DNA of 64,000 bases from a virus (Duplodnaviria; Caudoviricetes): the IMG/VR virus record IMGVR_UViG_2871003000_000003, positions 101,773 to 165,772 of that record; one strand, given 5' to 3'. Shown here piece after piece: positions 9,428 through 20,300 of this stretch. The first letter of the stretch is position 1. Each line of letters opens with the position of its first letter. The translations under genes were made by a program, and so were the position numbers. Under the pieces are notes generated by a model. The model saw only the letters and a program-made list of their open reading frames with translations. It was not told the DNA's origin and did not search any database.

Positions 9428-10531
9428 ATAGCTACAAAAAAAGAAATAAAGAAAAAACATTGTTCTTGCTGTGGAAAAGAAAAGCCATTATCTGATTTTT
9501 ATATGAGTAAATCACCATTACATGCTCTTGATAAAAAAACTCCGATTTGTAAAGATTGCATTATTAAATCAAGTATAGATGAAAATACTAACGAAGTCAG
9601 CGAAGAAAAATTCAAAAATATCCTTAGACAAATTGATAAACCATTTTATAAAGACTTATTACAAAGTGCTTTTAATCAATTTAAAAAGGAACATTCTTTT
9701 ATGTCTGAAGAAGAAGTGCATCATTGCGGAGATTCTATAATACGTCTATATATGAAGAATATTGCTTCTTTAAGACAAGTTTCTTCAAAAAGTTATGAAG
9801 AATCTGAAAAAGAAAATTTTATACAAAAACACAGTACCGTCATTCAGAAAACTGAGCGTAGTAAATACAAAAAAGATTTACAAAGTAAAAAAAATGATGA
9901 AATAATTATTTCTGAATCTGATGATTTTGAAGTGACACCAGACATGATTGAAATGTTTGGCGAAGGGTTTACAAGGCTAGAATACAAAAAGATGTGCAAA
10001 AAATATGACGATATGACTAAAACATATGTCATACAGACAAATCTTCATAAAGAGGCATTGCTTACATATGTACGTTTTAAAGTAAAAGAAGAAATGGCTA
10101 CATCAAGAGGAGATGTACAAGAGGCACAGAAATGGTATTCTGCTGCACAGGACGCTGCTGAAAAAGCAAAATTGACACCAAGACAGTTGTCCAAGGAAGA
10201 TTTACAAGGTGGAATCGTAAATTTTAGTGATATATTTTCTGCCGTCGAAGGAGCGAAAGAAAGGATTTCTATATTCCCAGAATTTAAATATCAACCCAAA
10301 GATGCTGCCGATTTCATTATATGGTGTTATGTGAACTATGAAAGAAATTTAAACAACATGCCAGAAGTTGAATATAAAGATATTTACGAATTCTATGACA
10401 GAAAGAAAACAGAATATATTGAAATGTATGGAGACCCGTATGGTATTTTTTCTGACGATACAACTGAATTAAATAGAGAAACTATTGAAAAATTTATCAC
10501 TATACCTGCAGATTTTAAGGACGGTGATTAA
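9428..10531 (+). CDS. Zn-finger protein upstream of terminase (putative small terminase, YonG-like)
   Basis: SD GGAGGTG then ATA 9428, in frame with the track ORF. This adds HCSCCGK to pair with ICKDC. Abuts terL. Confidence 0.7.
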   Translation: MATKKEIKKKHCSCCGKEKPLSDFYMSKSPLHALDKKTPICKDCIIKSSIDENTNEVSEEKFKNILRQIDKPFYKDLLQSAFNQFKKEHSFMSEEEVHHCGDSIIRLYMKNIASLRQVSSKSYEESEKENFIQKHSTVIQKTERSKYKKDLQSKKNDEIIISESDDFEVTPDMIEMFGEGFTRLEYKKMCKKYDDMTKTYVIQTNLHKEALLTYVRFKVKEEMATSRGDVQEAQKWYSAAQDAAEKAKLTPRQLSKEDLQGGIVNFSDIFSAVEGAKERISIFPEFKYQPKDAADFIIWCYVNYERNLNNMPEVEYKDIYEFYDRKKTEYIEMYGDPYGIFSDDTTELNRETIEKFITIPADFKDGD

Positions 10532-12154
10532 ATGGATGATTACGGATTTAATATCGATAATTGGGAATATTTTTGTAGTTATTCAAGATGGTTCCCTGAT
10601 TCATTCTTAGATTTAACAAAACCGCCCAAAGGCGGATTAAATTTACATTTAGATCAGCGTATTTATCTAAGAGTAATGTTAAGATTCACGTCTTTTTATG
10701 GAGTATTTCCGCGAGGTTATGGAAAAACATTTGACGAAGTGCTTGCGTCCATGTTAGCTTGTATATTTTTTCCAGAAATTTCTATTTCGTTATCTGCTCA
10801 AACAAAAGAAAATGCTGCAGATCTTTTAAAAGATAAGTATAATGAAATACTTAGATTTTATCCATTGCTAAAAAATGAAATAGATAAAGCTAATTTTGCT
10901 AAAGGAGACGCACTCGTTGTATTCAAAAATGGATCAAGACTGGATAACTTAGCAAACTCACAAACATCGAAGGGGCAACGTAGAAAACGTATTAATATGG
11001 AGGAGTCTGCATTAATTGATAATGATACATTTTTGGATGCGCTATTGCCAATTGTTGAAGTGCCTAGAGTTTGTGTTGGAAAATACTCAATAGTTGATCC
11101 AGAAGAATTGAATCAGCAAATTAACTTTTTCACTACTGCTGGATTCAAAGGGTCTGATGAATATCAACGGTCTGTTGATATGGTAAAAGATATGATAAAT
11201 CTTAACGGTAAAATAGTTCTTGGTTCAAGTTTTTGGCTCCCTTGTTGGTATGGAAGAGGCTCAACAAAGAGTCAGATTTTTCAAAAAAAACGTGATATGA
11301 CAATGATATCATTTGCACAAAACTATGAATCAAAATGGGTTGGAGCTGCTTCAGGGGCGTTAGTGAATATTAATAAACTTATGAATTGTAGGTCTTTGAC
11401 ATCTCCTGTTCTATCATCAAAAAACAAAGAAGATGAATTTTATATTGGCGTAGATGTTGCAAGAAGCCAAAATACAAGCAATAATCAATCATTCATTTCT
11501 GTAATAAAAGTCAATAGAACAAAAGACAAGACAAAAATTGTATCAATGGATCTTGTCAATCTTATAAATATTCCAAATATTATGAATTTCACTGCACAAG
11601 CATGTGTTATTAAGAAATACAAAAAACTTTATAATGCAAAAAATGTAATTGTTGATGGGAACGGTCTTGGAGCCGGATTGATCGACGAATTGCTTAAAGA
11701 AAGTTTCGATCCAATAACCAAAGAATCTTTAGGATGTTGGGACACTATTAATGATGATAATATGCCAGAAGTCCCAGAAATTGCAGAAAAAATTTTATAT
11801 AATCTAAAAGCACAATCTGCGCAAAGTAAAATTGTTACTAATTTTATTGATGTTGTTGACAGTGGAAAATTTAGAATGTTGGAAAGCAAACAACAATCTG
11901 AATTTACAGAAAAGGAATATGACGACTTTGATAATTGTATAGCTCCTTATCTTCAAACCGATTGTTTATTTGAAGAAATTGCAAATCTCAAATTAAAACA
12001 TTTGTCAAATGGTGGGGTGACTATTGAAAAGGTCGTAAACAAATTAGACAAAGACCGTGTATCTGCAACAATATATGTATTATGGTACATAAATGAATTT
12101 TGTCGAGATATATATGCAGTTTCCGATTATGAATTTACGTGTCTTATAAATTAA
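10532..12154 (+). CDS. Terminase large subunit
   Basis: PRGYGKT Walker A, INMEES Walker B, TTAG motif III, and nuclease motifs GVDVAR, VDGNGLG and DKDRVSA. Confidence 0.93.
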   Translation: MDDYGFNIDNWEYFCSYSRWFPDSFLDLTKPPKGGLNLHLDQRIYLRVMLRFTSFYGVFPRGYGKTFDEVLASMLACIFFPEISISLSAQTKENAADLLKDKYNEILRFYPLLKNEIDKANFAKGDALVVFKNGSRLDNLANSQTSKGQRRKRINMEESALIDNDTFLDALLPIVEVPRVCVGKYSIVDPEELNQQINFFTTAGFKGSDEYQRSVDMVKDMINLNGKIVLGSSFWLPCWYGRGSTKSQIFQKKRDMTMISFAQNYESKWVGAASGALVNINKLMNCRSLTSPVLSSKNKEDEFYIGVDVARSQNTSNNQSFISVIKVNRTKDKTKIVSMDLVNLINIPNIMNFTAQACVIKKYKKLYNAKNVIVDGNGLGAGLIDELLKESFDPITKESLGCWDTINDDNMPEVPEIAEKILYNLKAQSAQSKIVTNFIDVVDSGKFRMLESKQQSEFTEKEYDDFDNCIAPYLQTDCLFEEIANLKLKHLSNGGVTIEKVVNKLDKDRVSATIYVLWYINEFCRDIYAVSDYEFTCLIN

Positions 12155-12170
12155 CAGAAAGGAGGAGGAC

Positions 12171-13784
12171 ATGTCAGAAATTAATAAAGAGCAATCGGTA
12201 GAGATTCAAAACGAGTCCTCTCCTACTGCTGATGAAAATATATATGAATTTAATAGTTATATATCGCCTGTAGATATGTCCAGTTTATTATTCTCATGCG
12301 GTATTTATGATTATTTTTCTAAGGAAGAAATCGATTCTATTTTGCGTGACCCTATTGGGAATCACGATGCAGCAATTCGCTTATCTAATTTTGTATATAC
12401 CAAAAATGGAATCGTGTCTAACTCAGTCGATTATATGACTGCGCTTCCTTGTCTTGATCGTATCTTAATAAGTAAAAATAGGAAAAATACGAAGACCGTT
12501 CAGGCAAACAAAGCCTTGATGAAATCCACTCTTGAAAAAATTGACGATAAGCAGTTTGTTAGAAACGCACTGTTTACATGTATGTTGGATGGAATTGCAT
12601 TCTTCTATTTCGAAACGAAAAAGAAGAATTATGATAAGTCTAAATTCATGACGGACTATGATGTTGAAAATATTGTAGAAATCAATGAAGTTGGAATCAA
12701 TGCATCTATTATAACACTTCCATGGAGATATACAAAAATAGTTGGAAAGAAAAATGGCAGATATGTTCTTGCATTTAATTTGAGATATTTTGATGACTAC
12801 ACTGGAGACAAGATTGAAAGAAAATTAAGAAAATATCCAGAAGAAATTGTAAAAGCATACAATAGTCGAAAAAATGGTACAACTGGCGGAGACTGGGTTG
12901 TACTTGATAACAATCATACAATGTGCAGAAAAATTAAGTGTAAAGATTCTGAACCTTGGGGTCGAAGTTTAATTATCGCTGCACTTGCAGATGTATTATA
13001 TAAAGATTATTTCACTGACACAAAGAGAAACGTGTTAGATGAAATTAACAATAAAATTATCTATCAAACGTTTCCAGAAGGTAAGGACAAAGGGACAAGT
13101 TCGCTTACAAATAAACAACAGGAGCAACAACATGCTACCGTTCGTCAGGCAGTTATGAATAAAAATTCTCGTGGCGGAATTTCATTCTTTAGTGTTGCCG
13201 CAGGAACAAAACTTGATTCTATTGATGTGTCTACAGATATTTTTGATAGTAAAAACGAATCTGATTTAAATGACCAGATTTCGCTTGATCTTGGAATATC
13301 TTCTGCTTTAATTGGCGCAATGACTACAGGTAATTATGGCGCATCACAAAGTAACTTAGAAATGATTACAGCTCAATTATATACATGGGTATATGAATGG
13401 CAGAATGAATTAAATTATGTAATCAATAAAAATATTATCCAAAATGATAAAAATAAGATTGAGATTTACTACTTTCCTACTTCATTCGTAAATAGGAAGA
13501 ACTTCTTTGAAATGATGTCGAAGTTGTATACGGATTCCGGAGGATCTATGAGTTTTCTCGTTGCTAGTACAGGTGTGGATCCTGACGCATATTTTTCAGT
13601 TTTAGATGAAGAAATTGAAAGTGGAGTGTTTGAAAAATATAAACCACATCAAACATCTTGGACAATGAACGGATCTAATTCTGATAATGCTAAAAAACCA
13701 GAAACAGATAATCCCACAGAAAATACAATCAAAAGTAGAGAAAGTGGTGGAAACTTAAACCCAAGTCCAAGTGATAATAAATAG
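12171..13784 (+). CDS. Portal protein (YonE-like)
   Basis: 537 aa directly after terL; SPbeta-type gene order. Confidence 0.8.
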   Translation: MSEINKEQSVEIQNESSPTADENIYEFNSYISPVDMSSLLFSCGIYDYFSKEEIDSILRDPIGNHDAAIRLSNFVYTKNGIVSNSVDYMTALPCLDRILISKNRKNTKTVQANKALMKSTLEKIDDKQFVRNALFTCMLDGIAFFYFETKKKNYDKSKFMTDYDVENIVEINEVGINASIITLPWRYTKIVGKKNGRYVLAFNLRYFDDYTGDKIERKLRKYPEEIVKAYNSRKNGTTGGDWVVLDNNHTMCRKIKCKDSEPWGRSLIIAALADVLYKDYFTDTKRNVLDEINNKIIYQTFPEGKDKGTSSLTNKQQEQQHATVRQAVMNKNSRGGISFFSVAAGTKLDSIDVSTDIFDSKNESDLNDQISLDLGISSALIGAMTTGNYGASQSNLEMITAQLYTWVYEWQNELNYVINKNIIQNDKNKIEIYYFPTSFVNRKNFFEMMSKLYTDSGGSMSFLVASTGVDPDAYFSVLDEEIESGVFEKYKPHQTSWTMNGSNSDNAKKPETDNPTENTIKSRESGGNLNPSPSDNK

Positions 13785-13818
13785 TTAAAAGGAAAATTAG
13801 TTTTATAGAGATATGTCG

Positions 13819-13852
13819 AGAACACATGTGACTTTAGTCATGAGAGGTTCAA
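13819..13852 (+). mobile_element. IS200/IS605-family right-end remnant
   Basis: CATGTGACTTTAGTCATGAGAGGTTCAA resembles the subterminal hairpin plus TCAA end of Firmicutes tnpB elements. No tnpA/tnpB nearby. Confidence 0.5.
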
Positions 13853-13945
13853 GTTAAAGATGAAAAATTAAATAAATTGTTAAACGAGTGGTCTGCTAAT
13901 AAGTAGATCACTTTTATTTTATGTAAACAAAGGAGGATAAATCTT

Positions 13946-15172
13946 ATGTTAAATAATATCCTCGAAATTTCTCAGCGATCTAATAAAAACGGACGTGTTC
14001 CAATCAAAATTGCCCTTCTTAAAATTCATGACGATCCAAATGAAACTAACAAAAATGGTATCCATTGGAAAAAGGAATATGTATTAAACGCAATTGATTC
14101 AGTTAAAGGAATGCCATTGTGTTGTGAGTTTGCATCAGAAGATAAATCATGCCCTCTCGGACATGGGTTAACAGGAGAAGTTGTGGATTCAAATGGGGTT
14201 CATGAACCAGTATTTGAAAACTCTGAAGTCGTCGGAACTTTTGAGAAAGCAGAAATCGAAACAATTAAAGATATCAATGGAGATGAAATAGAGGCTTTGT
14301 GTGGGTACGGGTATCTATATTATCAGAGATATCCTAAATTGGTTGATTGGGTGCGAAAGGGATTTGCAGTAGGTGAAGTGTGTACTTCTATTGAAATTAT
14401 GGGACTAAAAGAAAATGATAACAAAATCATATATGAAGATGGATATAACGAAAATATGAGATCACCCATGATTTATTCATTTTCGGGGTGTGCGCTCTTA
14501 AGCATTTCTCCAAGTGACGATGCGGCTGTGGTACTTGAGATTTCGCAGAGAAAAACTACAAACAAGGAGGAAAAGAAAAACATGGAATTCGATAAGAAAG
14601 AATTTGAGGAAGTTCTCAAATCTACTCTTGCAGAAATTAACAGTGAAAAGAAATCACACGATGATGAAGTTTCTGAGCTGAACAACAAAATCACAGAACT
14701 GAATTCACAGATTGAAGCAAAAGATGTTGATATTGCTGCTAGAGACACACAGATTGCAGAACTGAATGCAAAAGTTGAGCAGATGGAAAAAGACATGAAG
14801 AAGAAAGATGATGAAAAAGAGGATCTCGAAAAAGAGGTAACAAAAGCAAAAGCATCTGAAAAACTTTCTGAGGTCGAGGCTGCTCTGAAAGACTTTAGCG
14901 ATGAAGAAAAAGAAGTTGCTAAAGAGGACATTAAAAAATTAAAAGATGAAATTAATGCATGTAAAAAGAAATCAGAGTTAAATAATGTCACATCTGAAAT
15001 CAATTCTATTAAATCTAAAATCTGCATGGAAATTGTTGCAAAACAGAAACAGGCAGAATCTGAAGCTCGTATTTCTGAGCAGAATTCAGAAGAAGTAAAA
15101 ATTGAAGATATTTTCTCAGAAGTATGCAGCGAGAAATATGTCGATGATGACGAAGAAGTAAACATTTTTTAA
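13946..15172 (+). CDS. Prohead protease/scaffold (YonD-like)
   Basis: Globular N domain (NKNG, GHG, SIEI) plus a long coiled-coil C-terminus. Internal SD AAGGAGG before ATG 14582 may yield a separate scaffold. Confidence 0.75.
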   Translation: MLNNILEISQRSNKNGRVPIKIALLKIHDDPNETNKNGIHWKKEYVLNAIDSVKGMPLCCEFASEDKSCPLGHGLTGEVVDSNGVHEPVFENSEVVGTFEKAEIETIKDINGDEIEALCGYGYLYYQRYPKLVDWVRKGFAVGEVCTSIEIMGLKENDNKIIYEDGYNENMRSPMIYSFSGCALLSISPSDDAAVVLEISQRKTTNKEEKKNMEFDKKEFEEVLKSTLAEINSEKKSHDDEVSELNNKITELNSQIEAKDVDIAARDTQIAELNAKVEQMEKDMKKKDDEKEDLEKEVTKAKASEKLSEVEAALKDFSDEEKEVAKEDIKKLKDEINACKKKSELNNVTSEINSIKSKICMEIVAKQKQAESEARISEQNSEEVKIEDIFSEVCSEKYVDDDEEVNIF

Positions 15173-15188
15173 GAGGAGGACGAATTAG

Positions 15189-15608
15189 ATGATTAAATTC
15201 AGAAGAATTTCTCAGATCGAGAAATTATACCCATTTATGGATGCAGTTATTGATAAAGATGCACTGAATGGAGATTTTGGTGCAGTCACATCTGGAAAGT
15301 TTGCTCCAAAAGCAGACGCAAAACAGGCGATTATGCAGGTCGAAGTTGGTGATGATATGGACATGCCAGAATATAAAATTCCTGCTGGATCTCATGTAAG
15401 AGTCGTAGACTTTGAAAAACTTGAGGGACAGGAAATCGAAGTATACGGCGCTCAGTTACCAGCAACTTTTGCAAAAGGAAATAAACTGAAATCTGATGCA
15501 ACAGGAAAATTAATTACAGGTGCTAGTGTAGCTCCTTATTTTGAAGTAACTGAGATTATTGGAAACAAAATTGGTCTTGTTGCCAAAGTTGTTACAAAAC
15601 AAGGCTAA
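15189..15608 (+). CDS. Head decoration/capsid stabilising protein (YonC-like)
   Basis: 139-aa beta-rich ORF between scaffold and major capsid. Confidence 0.6.
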   Translation: MIKFRRISQIEKLYPFMDAVIDKDALNGDFGAVTSGKFAPKADAKQAIMQVEVGDDMDMPEYKIPAGSHVRVVDFEKLEGQEIEVYGAQLPATFAKGNKLKSDATGKLITGASVAPYFEVTEIIGNKIGLVAKVVTKQG

Positions 15609-15626
15609 TTGAAGGAGGGTATATAA

Positions 15627-16727
15627 ATGAGTTATACATTTGAGTTAAATAACGAACGTAGAGATGCTTCTTTTGTAAGTGGAAAAATTAATGCCAATTC
15701 TCCAGTTGTAGAAGTATTCTCTGCTATGACAGATGGTAAAGAATTAGCAAAGTTTGGTAAAAAGGGAGATGCTGCAGCTAAATATATTAAAGAATTGAAC
15801 AGCAGAGCTGCGACAAATGATCAAGTAGCAATTTCTGAAATCAATGAACTGAGACGTTTCAAAATGCAGCCAGTACTTATGCAGGAAATCAAACTGCTTG
15901 GAATTTATGGAAATTACAAACCAATCGGATACAATGAATCTTGTGAAGTAGAAATCACAGAGTATGTAAATACTGGTGCTGAAATTCAGGCTGCTGGTCA
16001 GGATGTAAAATTCCCAGCAATCAGAAAAAGACGTGTACCGATTGCAACAACTACTATTTCTGGTGGTTATGCAGTTGACTACAGAAAAGCAGCACTTGGA
16101 GATATGAGTGATGAGAATGAACTTCAGGAACAGGTTCGTGTAGACATCCGAAATAAAGCTGCTAAATATGTAATCGACACTACATATAAAGCAATTAAAG
16201 ATGCAAAAGGTGTGAAATATTTCTTTGAAGGAGCAGGACTTACAAAGACAGGTGTCGATGGAGTTATTGCAAATGTAAGACGTTTTGGTAAACCAACAAT
16301 CTCTGGTGACTATGCTATGATTGCACAGTTTAATGGATTCGCTGGATATGAGGGAACAACACCGACTGTAAACGGAATCTCTCGTACAATCATGGATGAG
16401 ATTCATAATACAGGACTGATGGGCGTATACAATGGAGCCACTCTTGCAGAGATTCCAAATCCGTATGATCTGACAACTCTGAATAAAGATGGTACAAACT
16501 TTGAGACAATGTTACCGGCTGGACTTGCATTTGTAATTCCGCAGGGTGGACAGTCTCCAATTCATACTGTAACAAGAGGTGGACTAACATCATTCTCTGG
16601 AAACGATGTTACAACAGGAATGCAATTATCCAGATTTGACATGGAGTTTGGTTGTCTTGTAGTACCTGGAAGAGAATATGAAGTGGGTATGCTTCATGAT
16701 CAGAACCTTGATTCTCTTGGAAAATAA
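15627..16727 (+). CDS. Major capsid protein
   Basis: 366 aa, strong SD, position in the head module, followed by a terminator. Confidence 0.85.
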   Translation: MSYTFELNNERRDASFVSGKINANSPVVEVFSAMTDGKELAKFGKKGDAAAKYIKELNSRAATNDQVAISEINELRRFKMQPVLMQEIKLLGIYGNYKPIGYNESCEVEITEYVNTGAEIQAAGQDVKFPAIRKRRVPIATTTISGGYAVDYRKAALGDMSDENELQEQVRVDIRNKAAKYVIDTTYKAIKDAKGVKYFFEGAGLTKTGVDGVIANVRRFGKPTISGDYAMIAQFNGFAGYEGTTPTVNGISRTIMDEIHNTGLMGVYNGATLAEIPNPYDLTTLNKDGTNFETMLPAGLAFVIPQGGQSPIHTVTRGGLTSFSGNDVTTGMQLSRFDMEFGCLVVPGREYEVGMLHDQNLDSLGK

Positions 16728-16740
16728 TTTCAAGTAAATC

Positions 16741-16786
16741 TAAGATAGTTTTCGCATTATTTTAAATGTGGAAACTATCTTATTTT
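16741..16786 (+). terminator. Intrinsic terminator after the capsid gene
   Basis: TAAGATAGTTT...AAACTATCTTA followed by a T-tract. Confidence 0.7.
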
Positions 16787-16811
16787 AGTTTAAAGGAGAA
16801 AACAATTAAAT

Positions 16812-16991
16812 ATGAATGAATATTTCTATTGTTATTCAAAAAAATTATCATACTTTATTATGGCATATGATATTCCATATGTTTCAAAATCTGTAAACAA
16901 GAAAAATGGTATGCCATATCATACATTCAAGAAGTCAGAACGACTGGATAAAGTAATTGCATTATATAAAGAAATTATACATACTGTTTAA
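16812..16991 (+). CDS. Small DUF5659-like protein (59 aa)
   Basis: SD AAGGAG; MNEYFYCYSKKLSYFIMAYDIPY...FKKSERLDKVIALY. Not in the ORF track. Confidence 0.65.
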   Translation: MNEYFYCYSKKLSYFIMAYDIPYVSKSVNKKNGMPYHTFKKSERLDKVIALYKEIIHTV

Positions 16992-17040
16992 AAATAATTA
17001 GTTGATAAAATTACATTAATTGCTATGGAGGAAACAGAAA

Positions 17041-17526
17041 ATGATTGAAGACAAAAACACAGTACAGGAATTAAATCTTGAGCAGAAAGTAACTATTAAA
17101 AGTATCGCAAATTGGACAACAGGTTTCAAGAGAATTGAAACAAATGGCGATGTAACAATTCCTGCAAATGGGACAGTTCGCTTACAAAGAAGTGAAATTA
17201 TTACACAGATTCAGAACGGTAATAGATTATTGACAGGAATAGACGACAGAGGTTCTCATGCAACACTTTATGTTGATGATAAGCCAACAAGAATTGAAGT
17301 TGATTTTGAGAGTGAAGATGGAAAACAGGTGCAAAATATTCTTACAGTAGATGCTGTCAAGAAATTGTTTGAATACAAAACCTTAAAGACATTCGAAGAG
17401 AAACTGAAGGATCTTGTCGTTACACGCGCCGAAAAATTTGCAATTTTAGAAATTATTAAAAGAGAAAAACTTAACGATTTTGAAAAAATTAGAATCGTAG
17501 AAAATTACGTAGAACATAAGATTTAG
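17041..17526 (+). CDS. Virion-associated protein (YonA-like)
   Basis: SD GGAGG with ATG 17041; post-capsid position. Confidence 0.6.
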   Translation: MIEDKNTVQELNLEQKVTIKSIANWTTGFKRIETNGDVTIPANGTVRLQRSEIITQIQNGNRLLTGIDDRGSHATLYVDDKPTRIEVDFESEDGKQVQNILTVDAVKKLFEYKTLKTFEEKLKDLVVTRAEKFAILEIIKREKLNDFEKIRIVENYVEHKI

Positions 17527-17537
17527 GAGTGATTTGA

Positions 17538-17930
17538 ATGGGTAATACAACAGCTAACGAAGTGATACAATCATTTGAGTCTTCTTTTGCAGATAAAACA
17601 GTATTGCCTTTATCACTAGAAATGGAATGGTTTAAGAAGGCAATTGGAAGGTATTCTGCAGAATTAAGTGATTTACATTTTGACGTGGAATTAAATCAAT
17701 TTGATTCTGAATTGGATAGATATGTTATTGATACTTTGGCAGAATTTATGAAACAATCATATCAAGAACGTCAGTATTCTAAAGTCAATAAACGAATCAG
17801 CATAACCGGAAAAGATATTGGAATTGATGGGTCTAACGGATCTAAAACTGCAACAAAAGCGGAACTTGATTACGTCGCAGAAAAGGCAAATACGATGGTT
17901 GGAAACCAGAAAGTAACTGCTTTTATTTAG
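17538..17930 (+). CDS. Head-tail adaptor
   Basis: 130-aa helical ORF in the neck position. Confidence 0.55.
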   Translation: MGNTTANEVIQSFESSFADKTVLPLSLEMEWFKKAIGRYSAELSDLHFDVELNQFDSELDRYVIDTLAEFMKQSYQERQYSKVNKRISITGKDIGIDGSNGSKTATKAELDYVAEKANTMVGNQKVTAFI

Positions 17931-17941
17931 GAGGACGCGAT

Positions 17942-18970
17942 ATGCAAGAATGGTATTTATTAAGTCAGAACACTCGTCCAAATGTAACCGGTGGATTTGA
18001 GAATGACATGTTTGTAGAAAACAAGGATGATGCTTTTGCGGAATCGTTAGAAACTGATATTGCGGTTTCTGTTATTCTTTATAATAGCGATTTGAGCAAA
18101 GGTAAAAACATTCGTTGCATCGTACAAGGAAATACAGCAGATACACAATTGAAGTCACTGGAAAGAACAGTACTTTTTTCTATAGGAACTGTAAAAGCTG
18201 GAATGTATGTATTTTTTGAAAATAGGTATTGGCTGATAAATGGCTATCCGGGAAATAACGGAATATACGAAAAAGCTACAATGGTATTGTGTCAATATTT
18301 ACTGCGATGGCAAAATTCTGAAGGAAAGATTATTGAGCGTTGGTGCAACGCTGTTTCAGCCAGTAAATATGATGTAGGTGAAAATGGGAATTATACGATT
18401 ACGCTTTCATCTAATACATATACGATTCTCACACCGGGAGATTCTGAATGTCTAAACTTGGATAGAAAAAGAGTATTTATTGACAAAAGAAAAATAAATC
18501 CGGAAAAAGTGTTTAAAATGACGAGAACAGACGATATCTTATATGATTATGGAGATGAATATCATGGGAGTGTTTTAAGTTTTATTGCAGATAAGACAGA
18601 ATTAAATCTTAAAACAGACAGTCAGGAACTTGGCATTTGTGACTATATAGATATTGATCATTCAGAACATGACAATGATAAAGGAACTGTTTTTGCTAAA
18701 ATTATCGGAAGTGATTCTATAAAGATTAATAGAAAAAGAACATATTATGTTAAATTTTACAGCGACGAGAGTTGTACTGAAGAAATTGAATGTACTAATT
18801 ATACTTGGCATGTATCTGATGATATCCAGGTAAAAAAAACAATCTACGAAAATTCAATTGAAATACTAATATCTGATGAACAGTATATCGGAAAAATTTT
18901 ATCTCTGAAAATCATTTCTAACTCACATCCAATTTCTGAAAAGAAAATCGAAATTAGTAATTTATTTTAA
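17942..18970 (+). CDS. Head closure/neck protein with an Ig-like C-terminus
   Basis: Synteny; VKAGMYVFFENRYWLI...CQYLLRWQ motif typical of SPbeta-like neck proteins. Confidence 0.55.
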   Translation: MQEWYLLSQNTRPNVTGGFENDMFVENKDDAFAESLETDIAVSVILYNSDLSKGKNIRCIVQGNTADTQLKSLERTVLFSIGTVKAGMYVFFENRYWLINGYPGNNGIYEKATMVLCQYLLRWQNSEGKIIERWCNAVSASKYDVGENGNYTITLSSNTYTILTPGDSECLNLDRKRVFIDKRKINPEKVFKMTRTDDILYDYGDEYHGSVLSFIADKTELNLKTDSQELGICDYIDIDHSEHDNDKGTVFAKIIGSDSIKINRKRTYYVKFYSDESCTEEIECTNYTWHVSDDIQVKKTIYENSIEILISDEQYIGKILSLKIISNSHPISEKKIEISNLF

Positions 18971-18980
18971 GGAAGACATT

Positions 18981-19460
18981 ATGAATAAAACAGTATTAAA
19001 AGATATTGGAATTTTTAAATCAAAGCTTCTTTTATCATTTTTAGATTCGTCTGATATTTGTGAATTACTATTAGGTGATAATTATATGCCAGATGATGTT
19101 GACGATCTGGTGTATTCTCAAATCTTTCCTTATTTATATATAGAAGATACTCAAACAGAGGTTAAACCATATCTTTGTTTTGAAGTAAATTTCAAACAAC
19201 AGACAAGGACTATGAAAACTCTTCAGATTATTGTCTATGCGTACTGTCATAAGGATTGCATGAAATATCACAAAGACGGATATTCTGGAACAAGAGCTGA
19301 CATTTTAGCTGATATGGTTGAGCGTCAATTACATGAAACAAATAAATATGGTATAGGAGAATTGAATTTGGAATCTGTAAATTACTACTTTCCAAATAGT
19401 AAATATTACGGAAGACAATTGGTTTTTACAACATCAGATTTTAAATTCAAAAATATTTAG
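18981..19460 (+). CDS. Tail terminator/completion-like protein
   Basis: Synteny; IFPYLYI..Q and RADILADMV motifs. Confidence 0.5.
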   Translation: MNKTVLKDIGIFKSKLLLSFLDSSDICELLLGDNYMPDDVDDLVYSQIFPYLYIEDTQTEVKPYLCFEVNFKQQTRTMKTLQIIVYAYCHKDCMKYHKDGYSGTRADILADMVERQLHETNKYGIGELNLESVNYYFPNSKYYGRQLVFTTSDFKFKNI

Positions 19461-19466
19461 CGAATT

Positions 19467-20246
19467 ATGAAATTAGATTATTTTGATCTAATCTCCCCTC
19501 TCCCACTTGATCTTGTTGGAATTGGAAGAATTAAATCTCCAAAGCTCATTGAGATTGCTGACATATCTTATTACGTCTATGCACAATATGTGTCGTGTCT
19601 AAGAATGACTCCAAGTGATTATATTGAAGATTTTAAAATAGAAGATCCAGATATTAATTTGTATACAAAATTTGACCTTATTTTGTATGATTCAAATTTT
19701 AGAAATATGATTAAAAATGCTCTCAATTTTTTCTTTGTAGAGGATTTCGAATGGTTTGATGAATATAAATCATTTCTATACACAGAGGAAATTGTTAGAG
19801 AAAATGGCGATACTGAACTTCTAGCAAAAGGAATTATAAATTCTAAAAATTATTATGATGTGTTGGATATAATTCTTCAACGAGTGCATATTACACCGGA
19901 CAATACAGAAGTGACTGATATTACAAAGATCAAAAATAAACGTGGATTAAAAATATACAAGAGGTTGCAAAAGGTAAAACGTGAATTCAAAAAAAGTTCT
20001 GGCGGAAATCCAGATTTGTCTTTACCTAACATCATATCGTCCGTTGCTGTAAGAAGCCTGTCATTAAACTGGATAAATATATGGGATATTACAATTTATC
20101 AATTATTCAATGAATTTGAAAGGCTTCAGATAATTGATCAATATGACATTGCTTCTACACAGGTGTCTGTATGGGGAGATAAAGAAAAGAAATTCAAGTT
20201 TGGTGCTTGGAGTTCAAATATATATAACAAAAATGACGCTGAGTAA
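19467..20246 (+). CDS. Tail assembly protein (YomV-like)
   Basis: Synteny; IWDITIYQLFNEFERL motif. Confidence 0.5.
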   Translation: MKLDYFDLISPLPLDLVGIGRIKSPKLIEIADISYYVYAQYVSCLRMTPSDYIEDFKIEDPDINLYTKFDLILYDSNFRNMIKNALNFFFVEDFEWFDEYKSFLYTEEIVRENGDTELLAKGIINSKNYYDVLDIILQRVHITPDNTEVTDITKIKNKRGLKIYKRLQKVKREFKKSSGGNPDLSLPNIISSVAVRSLSLNWINIWDITIYQLFNEFERLQIIDQYDIASTQVSVWGDKEKKFKFGAWSSNIYNKNDAE

Positions 20247-20300
20247 TTCAGTGTCTTTTTTATTGCAAAAAAAACAAATCTTATATAGGAGGAAATTAAA

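Noticed and set aside
14473-15165. 230-aa minus-strand ORF and similar shadow ORFs across the structural genes
   Set aside because: Antisense shadows of E/K-rich or T-rich coding sequence.
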